NCBI RefSeq assembly: GCF_036321535.1
Contig: NC_087472.1
Coordinates: 98,520,001-98,584,000, forward strand
Direction of reading: 5' to 3'
DNA: 64,000 nucleotides
Source: Camelus dromedarius
Taxonomy: Eukaryota
The position numbers and the translations under genes were made by a program. Below the pieces are notes generated by a model, which had not been told where the DNA came from, ran no database searches, and worked only from the letters and a program-made list of their open reading frames with translations. Shown in pieces: positions 26,920-40,625 of this stretch (within the stretch, counting starts at the first letter, position 1; the number at the start of each line of letters is the position of its first letter).

Positions 26920-27280
26920 CTCTTTTTCATTTATTCATCACACTTTTACTAATCACTTATAAGGTACCAGACCTAGACTAGGTATTGAAACATAGTGCTG
27001 AACAAAATGGAGAAACTATCCTTTCCCTCCCATGGACATTCCCTCCTTGCCATGTACAGTGAAGAAATACACTAAGCAGATAATCACACAAATAAATAGA
27101 TAATTACAAACCATAAGAAAGTTTTTGAATAAATATACAGGGTGCTAAGAGACTATAATAGGAGAAACTGATTTAGTTTAGGGGGTAGTGATCAGGGAAA
27201 GTCTCTCTGCAATTTCAGGTTAAGGAGTCAGCCACGGAAAAAGAAGGGATAGAAACACTGTCAGTAGAGGGAAGAACATG
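26920..27280 (-). mobile_element. L2 LINE 3' end
   Basis: ttcatttattcatcacacttttactaatcacttataaggtaccagac...gtgatcagggaaagtctctctg. Confidence 0.7.
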
Positions 27281-28357
27281 TCAAAAAGAAAAGAGGTGGC
27301 ATAGACTGGTGGATGATCAGGGTAGTTAGCACATAGGGAACAATTTCCTTCCAAATAAATTTAAGAAAAATACATAAACTGGAATAACAGATACATGGGG
27401 TTAATTTTTAAAATTATGTATTTTATAATACCATAAACTTTAAAATCTTCTTTATTATTATATAAACATTTCTGCTATAATTGCTAGCAGAAATGAGTCA
27501 CACTGAAGTCAAACTGTATTTGCCTGGCTTTGTGTATCTTCATTGTGCTGCTTTCCAGAACAGACTAACGGGGATTGTAATCTATATCTGAGTAGAAGAA
27601 ATATTCTCCACACACACACATACACACCTTTAGTAAACTGTTTAAGGGTATTTACTGCTGATATGATCCTTCTATTAAATTCAACTAGATTTTGTTTAAA
27701 TTGGAACTCAGACCACATGAAGCTAGTATTATAGCAGAAATAGCAGCTTATGAAACTGAGTATTCAATCTTTATAGTCCTCTTCTGCTTAAGTCCCATTT
27801 TATCAAAAATAGTTGTGTTATCCAAAGGAATAATTGGTAAGTATGAAAATTAATGGTAAGAAAGAAGACTAATGGTTTGCCATGAATGTGACTGCATTAC
27901 ATATTGACAGTGATCTGGTGTTTTAGGAAAATCAACATAAGGAAACATCCTTTTATTTTAAATAAGTATGTATATACAGATAAAAAATAAAACAAAAATT
28001 CCTGTGAAATATAAAAAGCAATCATTTAAGTATATGCTATTTTGTCTCCAAGGTCCAGGCAGTTTTAACTATAATACTCTGTAGTTTCAGCAATAGATCA
28101 CGCTGAGTAACTACTTGTGCTTTATAACAGCTGCAGCTCTGTATGTTTTTATGAACTTAATAAAAAATAGTAACATAGAGCAACAGAGAAACCTGGGTAG
28201 AAATCAATCCAGTTACTGAAAATGTTATTAAAATCAACATATGAGCGCACATGTTTCTTCAAGTCAAACTTTTTGAAAATTCACTCATTTAGTCATTAAA
28301 GCACAATTTTTTTTGTGTATGCAATGCCTACTATGCATGGAGGACCAAACAGAGAGT

Positions 28358-28550
28358 GGAAAGACCCCTGGAGTAGGTGATCTGGGTTCTAGTCCTTACT
28401 CTGACACTTTTTTTTTTGCAACACAGCTTTGGGTAAACCACTTAACTTAACGAATTTGAGTTTCGTCATTTGCAAATATAGTTGTGAGGTTCAAAAGCTA
28501 TAACAAATGTGGAAATTCCCTTGATAACTGTGAAAGTACTAAATAAGTGC
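28358..28550 (+). mobile_element. MIR SINE fragment
   Basis: ctgggttctagtccttactctgacac...tttgggtaaaccacttaac...agtttcgtcatttgcaaa. Confidence 0.65.
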
Positions 28551-29979
28551 AAGTAATGTCCTCAAAGGAACTAAAGAGTCTAATAAAAAACCCAACAATG
28601 AAAGTTCTTTCTTTTTGAACACTGGTTAGTTAACAGGCATCTAACATGCACTTTGGGGCTAAGAATTATTTAGCTTCTCTTAAACCACAGAATAGTTAGA
28701 AAATGTTCAGCCTTCCATTCTGAAATTAGTGGGCCAGTGTTACATGGGAGACTTCCCCCATGAATAACAATATTCCTTACCCTGTGCTGTCCCTCTGTCA
28801 AAAGTTAGTTGAGATAAATATCATCTATCTGGAAAATACCATGTTACAGACTCAGGACACAGAATAAAAGTAGGAGACAAAAGTAGGCCCTCAGATTTCT
28901 TTCTTGGAATAAACTTCTAGAAGTGAAGTTACTAGACCAGGCTCTTGATACATGTAACTAAATAATGCCCTTCAGAAAGATGGTAACAATTTATACTCCT
29001 CAACAACACACAATATTCCTGATTACCAGTTTCACTTTTTACTATCTTCCATAATTTAATAACTCTAAATACACAAGACTCATCCACTTCTCCTCTTTGC
29101 ACAGTATACTCCTGTCCAGATGTGCATGGCAGAATGGTACAGGCTGAATGTTTAAATGAGTCTTCAATGGCTTACGGCTCCTCTTACGATAAATTCAAAC
29201 TCTTTACTAGTTTACACACTCCAGGTAAAGTGTCCTCTTCTTCCCTCTCTAGCCTGATCTCTCACTATCATCTTCGCTCTCGAATGGGCCGGCTGTCTAA
29301 TGTTTAGATCTCCATTCAGGCTATTACTTCTGAGTGAAACACTGGATTAGAGAGGGAGCTTAGCCTTAAGACAGCATTTCTGACTAGTGATAGCAAAAGT
29401 GGCCCCTATCATACAGCCATGAGTATGGATTTCAGAATCACTGCAAATATCTGTAGAAAAAAAGAATAATCTGACTTGTCAGTTATTTAAAGGAGCAGGT
29501 TTTTGATATGGATACTATTCTCTTGGAGAGGAAGAGGCTTGGGAGTATTTAACTGGGGACAGGAGAGGGTAGAGAAAGAGCCCCCAACAGTGCTAACTAC
29601 ACTCCTACTTCAACCCAAAATAAATGAAAATGTTTTTCTACACTTTAGTTTTATGAGAGAGCTACAGAATAAGTAAATAGGTGATTTAAAAGATTTACTC
29701 AGAAAAACAATTCAAGTATAAGTTATTATATCTTTCACACCTTGTATATCTAGATGGTCTACTTTTGATAGCAGTAACAGATTAAATTTTTTTGATACTT
29801 GAGCACTAAGTATAGTTGTTCAAGTTACTTAAAAACCTGTAGTCCATGTTTCTGAAGGGCTCCTAAGAAGAAGCTATAGTTCCACTGGCACAAAAAACTC
29901 TCTTTTAACCAAAATGTCATAAAATGGGTTTATTGTGTGAATTAAATGTCCTGGATAACAGGATTCTCAGCCTCCACAA

Positions 29980-30665
29980 TGCCATTGTCCTAGTTTCTCA
30001 TCATCCATCTGCCTGGGCTTAATGGCCCTGCCTTTGGCCTCATGCTTCTTGATCTATGTTCTGCACCAGAGAGATCCAACGGACCAATCACATCCCGTAA
30101 GTCCCCAGGTCAAAATTCTTCAATAGCTCTTTATCACTGCAGGCAAGAGCCTAAGTACTTTATCATAAAATTCCCGATCTAAGCCCTACCTACCCCTCTA
30201 GGCCCATCTACTACCCCTTCTCATATGCTTTCCCTCAATATTTTTAATTGATGTATAGTCAGTTTACAATGTTCTGTGTGTGTGTTTTTCAGCTGAAGTA
30301 TAGTCGACCTTCAATTTTTTTATGAACAAGTAATTCTGAGCCACATGAAGTCCCTGGAACATGTCTTATCTGCACACATTTGTGGGACACCTCCATATGT
30401 CTTCTCACAAAAATACGGCTACTCATCTTTCACTCTTTGCCCAAATGCTCCCCATTCTGAAGCCTTTTCTCACTTCCCAAGAAGGCCAAGACTCTCCTTC
30501 TCCTACATTCCTTCTACACTTCTTGCACCCACCCATTCCAAATTGTACTGGGACTCTTGGTGTTTCTTTCTTTCCATATAACAGTATGCTACGTCTTCCC
30601 ATTTTCACCTCGAGCACCATGATCCAAGTCTACTGCATAGTAGATACACATTTTTAAATGAAATC
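29980..30665 (+). mobile_element. L2 LINE fragment interrupted at ~30240-30320 by short L1 3' tails
   Basis: ccagagagatcc...caaaattcttcaatagctc...cactctttgcccaaatgctcc. Confidence 0.55.
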
Positions 30666-30989
30666 ATGAATATATTAAAAATCCTCTTTAATGTTGAATT
30701 TTATAGCTATTCATTTACTGTGTATTATCACACTGATGATTAATCAGCTAATTATTACTTTCCATCAATTCTGTGCATACTAAGTTGTTTCATTAAAAAT
30801 GTAACCTGCTATAACATATAAACTCATTGAATATACGAACTGAAGAACAAATCAATAGCCATCATTTTTTTAAGGGCATGAACTCTCAGTTTAGGATCTT
30901 TTGCAAAAATCTGGCAAGAGGATAAAAATAAGTAATTTGGAATTTATCCCAAAGAGTTATATGCCAGTCTGCCAATAAAACTGTTATTA

Positions 30990-31292
<303 letters not shown>

Positions 31293-31439
31293 CTAATTGT
31301 GCTATTAGATTTCATTTCAGAAATGTAACTTGATTTAATTTATAAAATAAATATATAGTGAAAATATAGTGGATCTTAATTATTTGGGATCATAGGGCAA
31401 TAAGAAATAGATAGCCTATAGATTCTTTTTCCAAGTTTA

Positions 31440-31575
31440 GGTCTGAACCAATTATATCAGAATCACCTGTAGAACTTGAATCAAAAGTTCTGTGTATGTG
31501 TCTCATAAAACTTTTGACAAGCACCCCCAGGGAGACTCTGCTAAAATGACACACAGGATGACAAACACTGACCTG
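31440..31575. mobile_element. MER5-like hAT DNA transposon remnant
   Basis: atcagaatcacctgtagaactt...ttttgacaagcacccccagggagactctg. Confidence 0.5.
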
Positions 31576-32799
31576 TGGTAGGCTAGGGAGCATCCTTGTA
31601 GAAGTTAAAGCCCACATATGGACCAATAGTGAGGAAACTTAGCTTATGAAATCTAAGCTTAAATTGATAGCCAGCACTTACAGTAAGTACTTCATAGGGC
31701 TTTTTTTCCTCAAGATGTCACTATCATATCAAGCCCCAAAAAAGTGACTCAGAGTGGCATAAGTGTTTCTGTTTTTATTTTTTTCTTAATTCTATAAAAC
31801 AGATGAGGTTAGAAACTGAAGTTTGGGAAATGGAGCTAATATACAGATGTAAAGGAATCTGTCAATGTTCCTATATTTACCAACATTTTCAGAAATGCTC
31901 ACTCTATAAAACAAATGTTAAGACTAAAGAAGCAGATATCCATGCTTGCTTATCCCTGTGTAATCTGTGGATCTATGCATTAAATAAATTCTGTACACTG
32001 GCTAGAAATAACATGCAAATGGGTTAAACATAAAGGAAGCTTAATGAGCTTAGGTTCTATGAAGAGTTTTTTGCTTTGTATTGATTTATTTTATTTCCAT
32101 CTACAACCTTATGGATCTCATTTCAGAAAATGGAAGTAGCAGCATGACCCACTGAGTCCACCATATTCACACTTGGTTGAATCCCATTTAGTAGTGAGAC
32201 TTCCTGTTGCTCTCTCCACTGCTCACCTCAATAGGATAAGTGAACATAAAAACTTACTTTTGGTAGATACTTCAAGTGTAGCCCACCCCCAAGTAAGAAG
32301 ATAACCCTGAACAGCAAACAGAAGAGAAAAAAAAGCAAAGCAGTTTTTTTTCCATTTCTATGTGGTTTTCATTAGATTCACTGGCCCAGTTTCTATTAGC
32401 TTTTACCCATGTGCTTCAAAACTCATTTCAAGGTTATATTAATACAAAAGTAGTGAGGTTGCATTGCGGACCAATGGGGACTGATCACAAAGTCTTCCTA
32501 TTCACTGAACTTAATTCTTTAATGCAGTTTCACACTTCTGACCTTGTTTTCCAAATATTAACTTCCAAATAACAATCAGATATTAATTTTTTACACTGTT
32601 ACTTATCTACCCTGAATCCCTGAGAAGGCATTCAGGGAAGATATCTACTTAACAACAGATCAAGATAGTTAAAAGATTGGTCTGAGTTGGTTTGGGCGTA
32701 CCATAAAGACAAAGAGAGAATGAAAAGTTTTCCACTGAAGCCATAACATCCTATTTAAAGAACATTTAAATTTGCTGTTTGTTTCAACAACCCAGCCTA

Positions 32800-32937
<138 letters not shown>

Positions 32938-33819
32938 TCACATTGTTTTTCTTCCCCATGTCCGCTCAAACTTAAACTGACTTTTAGCTACAGTCTGCAA
33001 AACACACTCACTCATATGCAACATTATGGTTGGCATTTGTGTAGATGAAAAATGTGTGTTTTGAGCCAGAAGGTGAAACTGCCTGTGGCAATTGGCCAGG
33101 TTATAATGCAAACTTAAGGCACTTTTTATAAATAATAAAGAACAGCTTAGGTTTGCTCTCTTTGGAGCCCCAGATTTTAATTAAGAGTGTGGTCCTTTAC
33201 AAAGAGGATCATTATTTTAGTGACATCATTTTCAATAACTGGATCTCTGTCTTATTCTCCAATGCCCAAGAGTCTTAATCTTGATAGCCAATCTCCAAGA
33301 TAGTAGCCCCTTGTGTTTAACCTGCCTGCCAGAACAGTAACCCATTGTTTCATGTTGGAACACTACAATACTAATTTCCCATCTTCACTGCCTCCTAACT
33401 CCTACATTTTGGATACCACCATGCTTCAGCAGTATGGCTAGATTTGCTTTTCTGGCCTATAACTGGGTCTGCCCCAAGCATCACTTTTGCTGTTGTAAAC
33501 TCTAGTTTCCAGATCCAAGTAATCACTAGTTTGGTCTGTCCCATTTCCCTCTGGGTCTGTATTCTTATTTAACAGCATTTAGCAAGCAGAACTCATGGCA
33601 TAGACTTTAAGGATAACTTTTTGGTGAGGCTGCAATGTACTATTTCTGACCAACTTGAAATTTCTGAAGCACAAAACAGCCAAAAGAAAACCATACAAAA
33701 GTTTAAAAAGGATACCTAGCACAATGCTTGACGTTTAATAGTTGCCTAGTAAGTTTGGAATGAATGAAAAGTAAAGACTCACAGGAGACTAGATCATAAT
33801 AATAATGATGATTATGATT

Positions 33820-34015
33820 ATCATAATAGTACTAACATATGCCACATAATATCTAAGGGTTTTATATGTATTAAATTGTTTAATTCTCATAATTATGAGA
33901 AATATACTATTACTTTCATTTTACCAGATGAATAACCTGGGACAGGTTATGTAACTTGCCCAAGGACACTCAGTTGGTAAGTGTGTAGTAGCAGGGTTCA
34001 AACCTAAGCACTCAA
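33820..34015 (-). mobile_element. MIR SINE
   Basis: cattttaccagatgaataac...taacttgcccaaggacactcagttggtaagtg...gggttcaaacctaagc. Confidence 0.8.
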
Positions 34016-34034
34016 ATACTACCTCTGCCATGAT

Positions 34035-34330
34035 TTTTGGTGAATTCACCTTCCCATAGTCTGGACTCTCAGTTTCTTGATGTTCCCTCCTCCACCCATT
34101 CTTATGGTCTTATGTTTAATCTCATCACTTGCAAAAGCTGTAATCCCTCTCAATACCCTCACTTTCCAACTACCACCTTCTGTATTTTCAGCACACTCCC
34201 TACAGCACTTCAAGTCCAACAATCCTTCTTCCTTTATCTACCCATCTTCCCACTTTCCAACACCTTTAGGTCACCATACGCTCTCTTCACTTTCTTCCTC
34301 GCCCAGATAAATTTCTCAATCAGATTGCTA
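34035..34330 (+). mobile_element. L2 internal fragment
   Basis: ctggactctcagtttcttgat...ccactttccaactaccaccttctg; pyrimidine-rich and L2-like. Confidence 0.5.
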
Positions 34331-36789
34331 TGAACATTCCAGGTAGTTTAAAAAAAATCTGTTAAGTTACATCTTTCCCATTGTGTTCTTAAGGAAAATG
34401 TGCCAACCTTATGGCATTTTATTATGTATGCTGATATAGTTTACTTAGTAATTTTCCTAAGCTATTTGAAAGTCTGAGGATGAACCAGACATGATAAAAT
34501 TAATAATGAGCCAAAAAATGGAGTGTTATTTAATGACTTCCTTTCAAGGTGTGCAAACAACTTTAATCACCCCATTTTCCAAAATTCTCATGGGGTATAT
34601 CTATGCAATTTTGCAGAGGGAATCTGGGTGAGCCAACGCAGGTCAATACAGACTGCCTATACAGGTGGCGTAAAGGTTTCAGGAAAGGTCTCCTTTTGTT
34701 ATGTATGTTCAACTGCTTTGCAGAATCAGCTCTCCAGATTTTCAATGCTATGAATTCTATATTGTAAAAATACCTACAACTTACTTCTTTAGAATCTGGC
34801 TTTTAAGATAAACTTCATTTCAGCATGGGCACTGAAACTGAAACAATTAACTGTTCTAAAACTGTTTCCATACGTCACCAAGAAAGTCTTTTGAGAACGG
34901 AAAAATCCAATAAATAAGCAGCTGTTTTACTTGCTCTCTCTATAAAAGAAAATAGTTTGAAACTTTTCGAAGAATTGATTGTTTTCTGGAGTCAAATATA
35001 TGTACATAAAAACCAACAAGAAACACTTCACACATAGAATGTGAAATAAATAATTGTATTCATTATATTTCAGGTCATCTTCTCTAAGATTCCCATGGAA
35101 CTAAGTCATTGAGGAATGTAATTAAGCCTTTGATATATCTAGTTATATCATTAACCATGGGAAAATATTTACAGATTTAAACACTGATTTTTTTATACAG
35201 TGATCTTTTTAAACAGACGTATACTGTATATTACTGATACAAAATTGAGGACAATATATTGAAGTAGACCAAAAAACTGAGATAAAGTCCTAACTAAAAT
35301 TTACTTTTATAGGACATGAAGCTTTTGCTTTTACTAGTTATAAAACTATGAATTTTAGCAATGCAAATCAAAGTAAGTATTCTTAAACGTAAAGTGCATT
35401 ATTTATTTAGTTACAACAAATAATGTTGCTTATAAACATTGCTTTTATAAATTTTTTATTATGCTACGATATTGAAACAGATCTAATAAAATAGCTAAAG
35501 TAATAACACAGTGTAACATTCTTATATAAAAAGCAGTCTTTGGCAAACTGAAAAATAGACAATGGCTTAAATTATTTCTAACTCCAAAAATATAGATCTT
35601 TGATTGCAGCTTGGAAATGTTTGCCACTGCATGTGTATAGCTGCATTTTAATTTCATAAGACAGCAAAGTTCAAATGGAAAAAGAACTTTATGGCTTGAC
35701 GCTGTAGTGTTGCTGGTAAGAAAAAGTTCTACAAGCATCATTGTTAGATTTTAATCAAATGTACACTATTATTAATACATGTAAAGTATTTTTATGCTTG
35801 TATGACCTTTTAGGGCTTATTAAACACATCTGACTCATTCCTATGTAATTGTACAAAAAGTAATAATAAATCTGTGAGAAATAATCTGGAAAAATTTAAG
35901 GTATCTCTTTAGGTGGTAATGCTTATATTTACTAATTCATAATGAAAATTAATAATAGTCAAAAATATAGTAAAAACATGAAGATAAAAAGCCCATTTAA
36001 AATTTTTGCTGACTGCTTCCTCTTAGAGTAATTTTTATTCCTCTAGGGATAAAACATTTATTAATCATAGAGTTCATATAACATGCTATCATAAGCTTTG
36101 TGATATCTCTGTGCCAGAGTCCCATAGTTAAATTATTCTTGTGTTACTTGACTTTTCATATCTGCTGCACATCTGGAGCTTTCTAACTGGGGTCTCTATA
36201 GTGGCAGGAATTGTGCCCTGTGTTTCTTACTGTATTCTAATAAATGTGGAAGAGGTCCAAGATAAATACTTTTGGATTTTGAATTTTATTCTGAAATTAA
36301 TGGCAAGTAGCTTTTTAAAAATGATGAACTATATTTAGCTGTAATTAAACACAAAGAGAATATGAAATTAAAGACTACTGACAATGATGGAGTTCCTTAT
36401 AATGATTTAACAATCTGTTTTAATGTTAAATTGCTATGTTTTAATACTAGTGTACAGAATTGCTTGAAAATAAACCAACTTCTTCCTTAGATAATAAAGC
36501 ATTTTCAGTGCTATTACAAATGTTACAATGTTCTTTGGCAGAGGTAACTGCCTACTCTCTTGAGCTTCCTTAGCTATTTCTTAGTGTCTTTGGTATATAT
36601 GATCCTTAATTATACTATATTGTAGCTATCTGTTTATAGGTTTTTCTACTTTTTGGCAGGAACTAGGTCTTACATATCTTTGTTATGAAAGTTCCTGGCA
36701 AAGATTCCGACCCAGACCAAGTAGTCATTAAATTTCTTTTGAATGCTCGAATGAAAGGATGGTAGACATTAGGGATATCCCAAATTACT

Positions 36790-38200
36790 GGGTTGTTCAC
36801 TGGATCCTACTCCCTCTTTCTTACTCAAGAGCATCTTTTGAGCAATCCTCCCTTACTTTCTCCTATAGCATCAATTTTTCCCTTTCTACCCAATGATTCC
36901 CATTAGCATAGAAATATACTGCAATTTCTTCAATCTTAAAAAAAAGAACCTCTCTTCACCCACCCAACTACCACTTTATTTCTCTGAAATTCTTCACAGA
37001 GAAACTCCTAAAGTTTCATTTCTTTTCTCAGTCTCCAATTTCTCTCTTCCTTCTCTTTTTTTCCCTAGCTCTATTGAGGTATGACTGACAAAATAAAAAT
37101 GTTATACATTAAGGCTGTACAACATGATTTTTAAGGTGTGCAATGTGACTTTAAATATATTTAATATAGATATAAATATATACACTTTGTGAAATGATTA
37201 CCGCAATCAAGTTACCACATCCTTCACCTAGCATAGTTACCACCTGTGTGTGTGTCTGTGTGCGTGCATGTATGTGTGGTAAGAACACTTAAGATCTACT
37301 GTCTTTGCAAATTTCAAGTATATAATGGAAAACATACTGGAAGTGCCTCAAAAAATTAAAAATAGAACTTCTATAGGATTCAGCAACCCTACTTCTGGGT
37401 ATACATCCAAAGGAAATGAAATCAGTATCTCAAAGAGGTATCTGCACTCCCATGTTCATTGCAGCATTATTCACAATAGCTAAGATCTGGAAAGAACCCA
37501 AGTGTCCATCAATAGATGAATAGATAAAGAAAATGTAGTATATGTATACAATGGACTATTACTCTGCCATGAAAAGAAGGAAATCCTGACATTTGTGAAG
37601 ACATGGATGAAACTAAAGGACATTATGCTAAGTGAAATAAGCCACAGAAAGACAAATAATGTGGAATCTCCTCCTTTCTCCTGAACCTTCTCCAATTAAG
37701 CTCTTGCCCCCTCAACGCCACCAAAACTACTATTCTCAAGGTCACTAGTGCTTCCATGTTGCTAAATCCAATAGACAATTCTCAGAACCCTTGACTTTTC
37801 TGGTCTATTTGCAACATTTGACACAGGGGATTACTCTCTTCTTGAAACACTTTCCTTACCTGGCACCCAGGACTCTGTCTTCCTGTGATTTTTGTCTCTT
37901 CTTCCTAAACTCACATGCATCCTTCAAAACTAAGTAAAAATGTCATTTCCTTAGGGATACTCTCCTTGACCTTATTTAGGTTGGGTTTCTCTGTATTGTT
38001 CTTATTTTCTCTTGCAATTTTTTCCCACAGCATGCCAGTTATAATCAAGTAAGTATTTATTAAATTATTTGCTTGAATTGTGTCCCCATTCTAGAATGTA
38101 AATTTCACAAGGGAACAGGAATCTCTGTTGTTTTTACCATGGTATCTCCAGCACTCAGCACAGTGCCTTAAACATAGTAACAGCTCAATGTTTGTTGACT
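36790..38200 (+). mobile_element. L2 LINE remnant, interrupted by an L1 at 37056-37666
   Basis: caaggtcactagtgcttccatgttgctaaatccaatag...cttcttgaaacactttcct...tagaatgtaaatttcacaaggg...cagcacagtgccttaaacatagt...tgtttgttgactga. Confidence 0.8.
37056..37666 (-). mobile_element. L1MA-type LINE 3' end with 5' inversion (minus-strand tail 37056-~37325; plus-strand ORF2-end segment ~37325-37666)
   Basis: An antisense L1MA 3' UTR (ctattgaggtatgactgacaaa...gtaagaacacttaagatctact) abuts a sense L1 segment (cctcaaaaaattaaaatagaac...catgttcattgcagcattattcacaatagc...ctaagtgaaataagcca). Confidence 0.85.
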
Positions 38201-40339
38201 GATTACTTGTTAAAAAAGTTAACAGGGGGCCTTCCTCATATACCGGACTGAAAAGAGTCTAAACTATACTATCAGTTTCTATTTTCAAAGTTTCCTTCTG
38301 CTTCCTTCCTGTCAACTTTCCATTCCTCTCCCTCTTACGTTCCCCTCCCTTCCTCACCCCTCCCTCCCTGGCTTCCTTCTAAAGAACTTGATTGACCCCT
38401 TTATTGTTCTAACAAATTGAGCCTTACAGAGCAGTTTGGTAATCAAGCCAAAACTAGAAGTCCTGCCTCCTGATTTCTTACCTAGAAACCTTCACGTAAT
38501 AAGCTACCCATGATGTCTATTGAAATATTACTGAATTGCTGCCTTTTCCAATTGTATTCCCCTAACCTTTTAAAAAAAACTGTCACCAAATATTAAGCTC
38601 CAGGGTGATAAACAGCACCTGAGAAAGAATTTTTTCTATTACAGTTGCCAAAGAGTTGGAAAAAAAAAAAGACTGCAGAGAAATTTCTCAACGTCTGACG
38701 TACCTGTTAAATGCTCACAAAAAAAACTTTCTCTAGAGTCTGAGGAGAAAAAATATATATACGTACACACACATGTACACATCTGTTCTGAATATTTTAG
38801 CCAACATTTTGATGAAAATGAGTGTAGTAAGGAATGTTAAGCTATAAGCATGCCACATACACCCATCAGACTCCCCACATACCAGATAGAAAAATTACTT
38901 TCGGATGGTTGACTACATTTCTAGGAAAACATCCTGAGGTTATTTGAGGTAGAGAATCACACACTTATAGAGGAGTAAAACTCAATTAAATGGAAAGTCA
39001 GTAATTTTTTTAAGTATAAAGGCAACATATCTGGATCTAATAAAATAAGTAAGAATGGACACTTTGATTTCTAGGGTCATATTTTTAAAATTTCATTTCT
39101 GGATAAAAGAGTTTGGGAAAAAAATGGCTTGTAAACATTGCAATGTGATGATTATTTAAGTACTGGCTTTAATGCCTTATAATAGTATAAACCAAACACA
39201 AACCCAATGACTATTAACTTGAATCTTTTCAGTTGCATTAAGGAAGAACAAAAATAATTAAAATCTCATTTCAAAGAATAAGCTACATCTGCTTGTGAAT
39301 TTTCCTATTGCTTCCTAAAAGTGATCTAGACTTTAAATGAGGAGTAACAAAAATTGTTGGAGGAGAAAATTTTGAACTGCATCAAAAATTATAGGGAACT
39401 TTAAACATTAGATTCCAAGGCTAATTAAATTTTGAACCAAATTACATTCTACTAAGAGAGCAAATGTGCTATACACACTGGGGTTAAGAAAGACAGATTT
39501 TTTTTTTTCAGCTGAAATGTTGCCACTGTGCAAAGACAATTCTGCATTTAGAGAGGTGTGGGAGGATTGAGCAGGATTCAGATGGTTTAAATACTGCCTA
39601 AATAGCAAAAGAGTTCTGGATTCTCCTCTGAAGGCTCTGGTGAGTAAAAAAAGAGCTATGCTAAAATGATTTTGCCTCTTCCTGTGCTCAGAAATATAGT
39701 TGTGGGAAAGAAAGATTACATGGGCATGTAAATATTACTTGGTTAAAAATACCCCATTTTCAAGTTAAGTAACTACAAATTGAAGCAATCTATTTTTTTT
39801 TAATCTTAGTAGAGTCTTCAAAATGTTATCAAAATGTGTAAGACAGTCACCCTTTCTCATGAAAAGCAAAAAGGACAATGATTAAGACCATCATTTGAAG
39901 ACACTCACATGAAATAAACAAAATGACATCTTATAACTTTATAACTCCTTTCACAATATTTTTCTCCATGGGATCATATTAGTCAATGAAGCTAGCAAGA
40001 AAGGTAGAGATGAAAAACTTCACACACACCAAAGTTAATTTCTTAGAATTTCACTGATAATCACTGCTAAAGTCAGCCTGTGAACATAGACTTTCAACTT
40101 CTATCTCAGTACTCTTTTCACTACAAATTGCCTCAGTAATGAATTCAAGACCATTGCATTACACAAAAATTCAATTAATTTTTCTTCAAAAATAATTCAC
40201 AGACAAGTATGATTATTGCTTTTTTTTTTAAGTATCTTCCCAGCCAGTTTGCAACTCTTGCAAGAAATTCTTAAAGGCTAGGTAAAGAACTAATGGACGA
40301 TCAGAACATAAACTATGGATGTAACTGTGTTTGTTGTCC

Positions 40340-40625
40340 ATCCCTTAACAAAGATGGAAAATAAATTGATTTGACATGATGTGTTATTTATAAAGCAATA
40401 CTAGGTTGTCATATGTATCCTTTTAAATGGCTGCCTATTGTTTTAATTATTTGCTCTAACTCTCCAGTCATTAAGGTAATCAGTGTATAATTTTTACTCG
40501 TCTCTCTTAACAAGATTGGATATAACACTTGACATTTTCTAACCCCAGGGATCTATTTCCTCCGTGATTTCCGGCAAACTGTTTTGCAGTTACACCAGTA
40601 ATTCTACAAGGAGCCTGGAGTATAG
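40340..40625 (-). mobile_element. CR1/L3 LINE fragment
   Basis: tttgacatgatgtgttatttataaagcaatactagg...ttttaattatttgctcta...gattggatataacacttgacattttct resembles the antisense L3 RT region. Confidence 0.5.

Noticed and set aside
28781..28828. 48-nt exon-like segment with donor AGG|gtaagg
   Set aside because: In-frame TAA, short pyrimidine tract, and located among decayed repeats.
38587..38618. 32-nt pseudo-exon (ttctttctcag|...TTG|gtgaca)
   Set aside because: Weak donor, frameshifting length and an in-frame stop, with no additional support.
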